Assembly (NCBI RefSeq): GCF_963921235.1 | Contig: NC_086108.1 | Span: 38,814,001-38,878,000 of the forward strand | Direction of reading: 5' to 3' | DNA: 64,000 bases | From: Mobula hypostoma | Taxonomy: Eukaryota | Part shown: piece by piece, positions 61,623 through 64,000 of the stretch | Position numbering within the stretch: position 1 is the first letter of the stretch | Layout: every line of letters begins with the position of its first letter | Notes under the pieces: model-generated | Database searches by the model: none | Told to the model about the DNA's origin: nothing | What the model saw: only the letters and a program-made list of their open reading frames with translations | Position numbers and translations under genes: made by a program

Positions 61623-62552
61623 GCAAACAATTACGTTTATTTTTAAAGATGTATGTGGCCAAGTTCTTTGACCGGTAAATTATAAATGCATGGAATGTCA
61701 AGAAAGATTCCGAAAAATTCAGAGTCCCAATATGTAACCAGTTCCTAGAAAGTGGAGCTCTATCAAGCATTAAACCAAAATTACACATTTCTAGAAAGCT
61801 GAAGCCTGGACAGTGAGGACCTGCTCAAGTAAAGCTAAGTATGCAAAATTATCCCTTTACATGGTTAGCTGAATGCCACAGAACCAAGAAGAAAAGACAT
61901 TTTTGTACAAGTTCTTTGATTTGTTCTTCAACTCTGTCATTACTAGTAGATCATAATGTTCATGGGTAGCAGATACTGTGCACAATTGTCAGTGACAGCT
62001 GCAAACAACCCTGGACATTACCTGCGCTGTCAGTACCTGATTCAGATTGTCTGCATTTCTTGGAGGCGATTGAGCCATTCTGAGCTTGAGTGTGGAGAGA
62101 GTGAGTGAAAAGACAAATGCAAGGAGAGGGCTGGTGAAAGAAAAGACTCTGCTTAAAGTAAAGGGGAACAAACAAAGTGTAAAGAAGAAAGGTAAAAGGA
62201 GAATGGATGATGAATGAATGAGAAAAAGGATCAATAAAGAGAATTGAGAGAGAAAGGAGTGAAAAGACAAGTAAGAAGGGGCAGGTGGAAGAGGTGAGAG
62301 CAGACATGATTTTTTTCCCCTCTGCTTCATTTACAATTTTCTAATTCAACAATCACAGGATTAAAGAATGGTAGAATTTAGTTAAGGTGTTTTTTGTCCT
62401 TTTCCCCTACAATCCTTACCCAGCTCCATCCCCACCTCCAAATAACCCTCATTTCATGATTCTCAGGTGGAGAGTATCGATTAATTTTGTTTTGTGGTCC
62501 AGACTGTAAAAGTGAATGTAACCATTATATGCATTTTGTGATTTTAATTCAG

Positions 62553-62735
62553 GTTTTATGGGGGCACAATGTGAGATCGATATCCCTGAGTGCTTCAGTA
62601 ATCCTTGTTTACATGGGGCAGAGTGTGTTGAACTCTCCTGGCGAAGCATGAATGGAAACACCACTGAATCGCCTGTAGTCTTTAGCTATGAGCGTGCTGC
62701 TGGCTACATCTGTAAATGTCAGCATGGATTTACAG
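62553..62735 (+). CDS. CRB1: Crumbs homolog coding exon (exon 5 equivalent), EGF repeat with Crumbs-specific long loop
   Basis: ttttaattcag| ... aca g|gtaccc; 183 nt, phase 1/1. FMGAQCEIDIPECFSNPCLHGAECVELSWRSMNGNTTESPVVFSYERAAGYICKCQHGFT; ECVELS...FSY..A.GY.C.CQ.GFTG favours CRB1 over CRB2. Confidence 0.92.
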
Positions 62736-63357
62736 GTACCCTTCAAAGTTATACGTTGCATTTTGTTTCCTGAGGAAGAACATTGCAGAAATCATCAGAG
62801 ATTTTAGTTTACTTTGGTAGTAAGCAAATACATAGAGACAAAACGAGGCTAAGGATTTTGCCCTTTCTTTCATCTGGGGACTACAATCAGTTTAATTATT
62901 GACATTGTAGTAAGTGACATCATTTGGTGAAACACTTCAATAATAATGCACATGGAAACTGATATTAATGAACTAGTTACTATACATGGAAACTGAATTC
63001 TAATTTATAAACATTATCAAAGGAAATAGATGTCCTTAACATTGTACGAGTTGTCTGTTAAAGGTGAAATAATTTTCCATGGAATTAATAATTTTTCAAA
63101 ATTAGAATGGCTTAATTCATTAACAAATGGAAACTCACTGGCTTAAGGATTTTTAAAATCAATTTTTAATGTAGCATTCCTGTTGCATCCTCGTTGGGAA
63201 TTTTACTCTGGAAATTGGGGTAGGCAGAACAAAAATTCCAACAAAACAGAGGAGATGAATTTCTTCTTGAGCACTAAAAGACTCCAAAATATAAGCAAAT
63301 TTATTCCACCCTGAGCTGGGTAAATCTTCAACACCACAACACCAGATTATTTTGAGT

Positions 63358-63690
63358 TAGAACATAGAACAGTACCGCATAGGGACAAGGCCTTGTGCCG
63401 AACCGACTGGAAAGTAAAATAAAAACCGCAAACACTAATCCCTCCTGTTTACACAACGTCCATATCTCTCCAACTTCGTCATATTCATGTGTCTATCTAA
63501 ATGTCTCTTAGAAGCCTCTAATGTATTTGGCTCACCATACCGGGTGGCACATTCCAGGCATACACCACACTCTGAGTCAAAAAATTTACCCCCCACATCC
63601 CCTTTGAACCTACCTCCTCTCACCTTCAATGCATGCCCTCTGGTATTAGACGTTTCTACCCTGGGGAAAAAGCTGCATATATTTCTAACC
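63358..63690 (-). mobile_element. CR1 3' fragment
   Basis: tagaacatagaacagtac tail; KVRGGRFKGDVGGKFF. Confidence 0.8.
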
Positions 63691-64000
63691 TAGTCCATCC
63701 ATCTGCTTTAAGCTGAGTCAGTGGCTCTGAGACAGCATGTTAAATAGACTCTGGAAAAAGCAAACCCTTTTTAGGATGATTTCTCCTTAACTTGTCAGTT
63801 TTGTGGAGAATATGAACATGAACATGTTTCTCTCACTAGAAACTGCCAAAAACTTATTTTTAAAAAACTCCACCAAGAGCTCTCCAACGTTCTCCCACAG
63901 AAGGAGGGCAGGATACATGATGTCAGAAAAAGGACTACCCCTGGTTAATTAACCTGCAGCAAATTGATACATTGCAAAAGAGTGGCAACTAATTGACTTC

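Noticed and set aside
62090..62300. Purine-rich tract and the hydrophobic minus-strand ORFs it creates
   Set aside because: Low-complexity composition; no gene evidence.
62736..64000. Alternative first exon equivalent to mammalian CRB1-B in intron 5
   Set aside because: No recognisable signal-peptide exon in the visible part of the intron.

Overview
Vertebrate nuclear DNA, AT-rich and repeat-dense. The repeat set (CR1, Rex1-like, RTE and L2 LINEs, Neptune-type Penelope-like elements, tRNA-derived SINEs) points to a cartilaginous fish, probably a batoid; this is inference. The only host gene I can support is a + strand Crumbs gene, most likely CRB1: four EGF-repeat exons (32327-32911, 50754-50949, 58237-58376, 62553-62735) with canonical AG/GT sites and matching phases, equivalent to exons 2-5. 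Exon 1 was not identified. The rest is intronic or upstream DNA filled with nested transposable elements. Highlights: (1) a two-LTR ERV-L-like (class III) provirus in intron 2 (37720-49549) with a tRNA-His-like PBS, no visible dUTPase, and a short decayed signal-peptide/Cys-rich/TM ORF where env would sit; (2) many Penelope-derived minimal hammerhead ribozyme units, including a TSD-flanked palindromic double-hammerhead insertion; (3) a Rex1-like LINE flanked by an 88-bp direct repeat; (4) a full-length CR1 with TSD. All identities were judged by eye; no database search was run.
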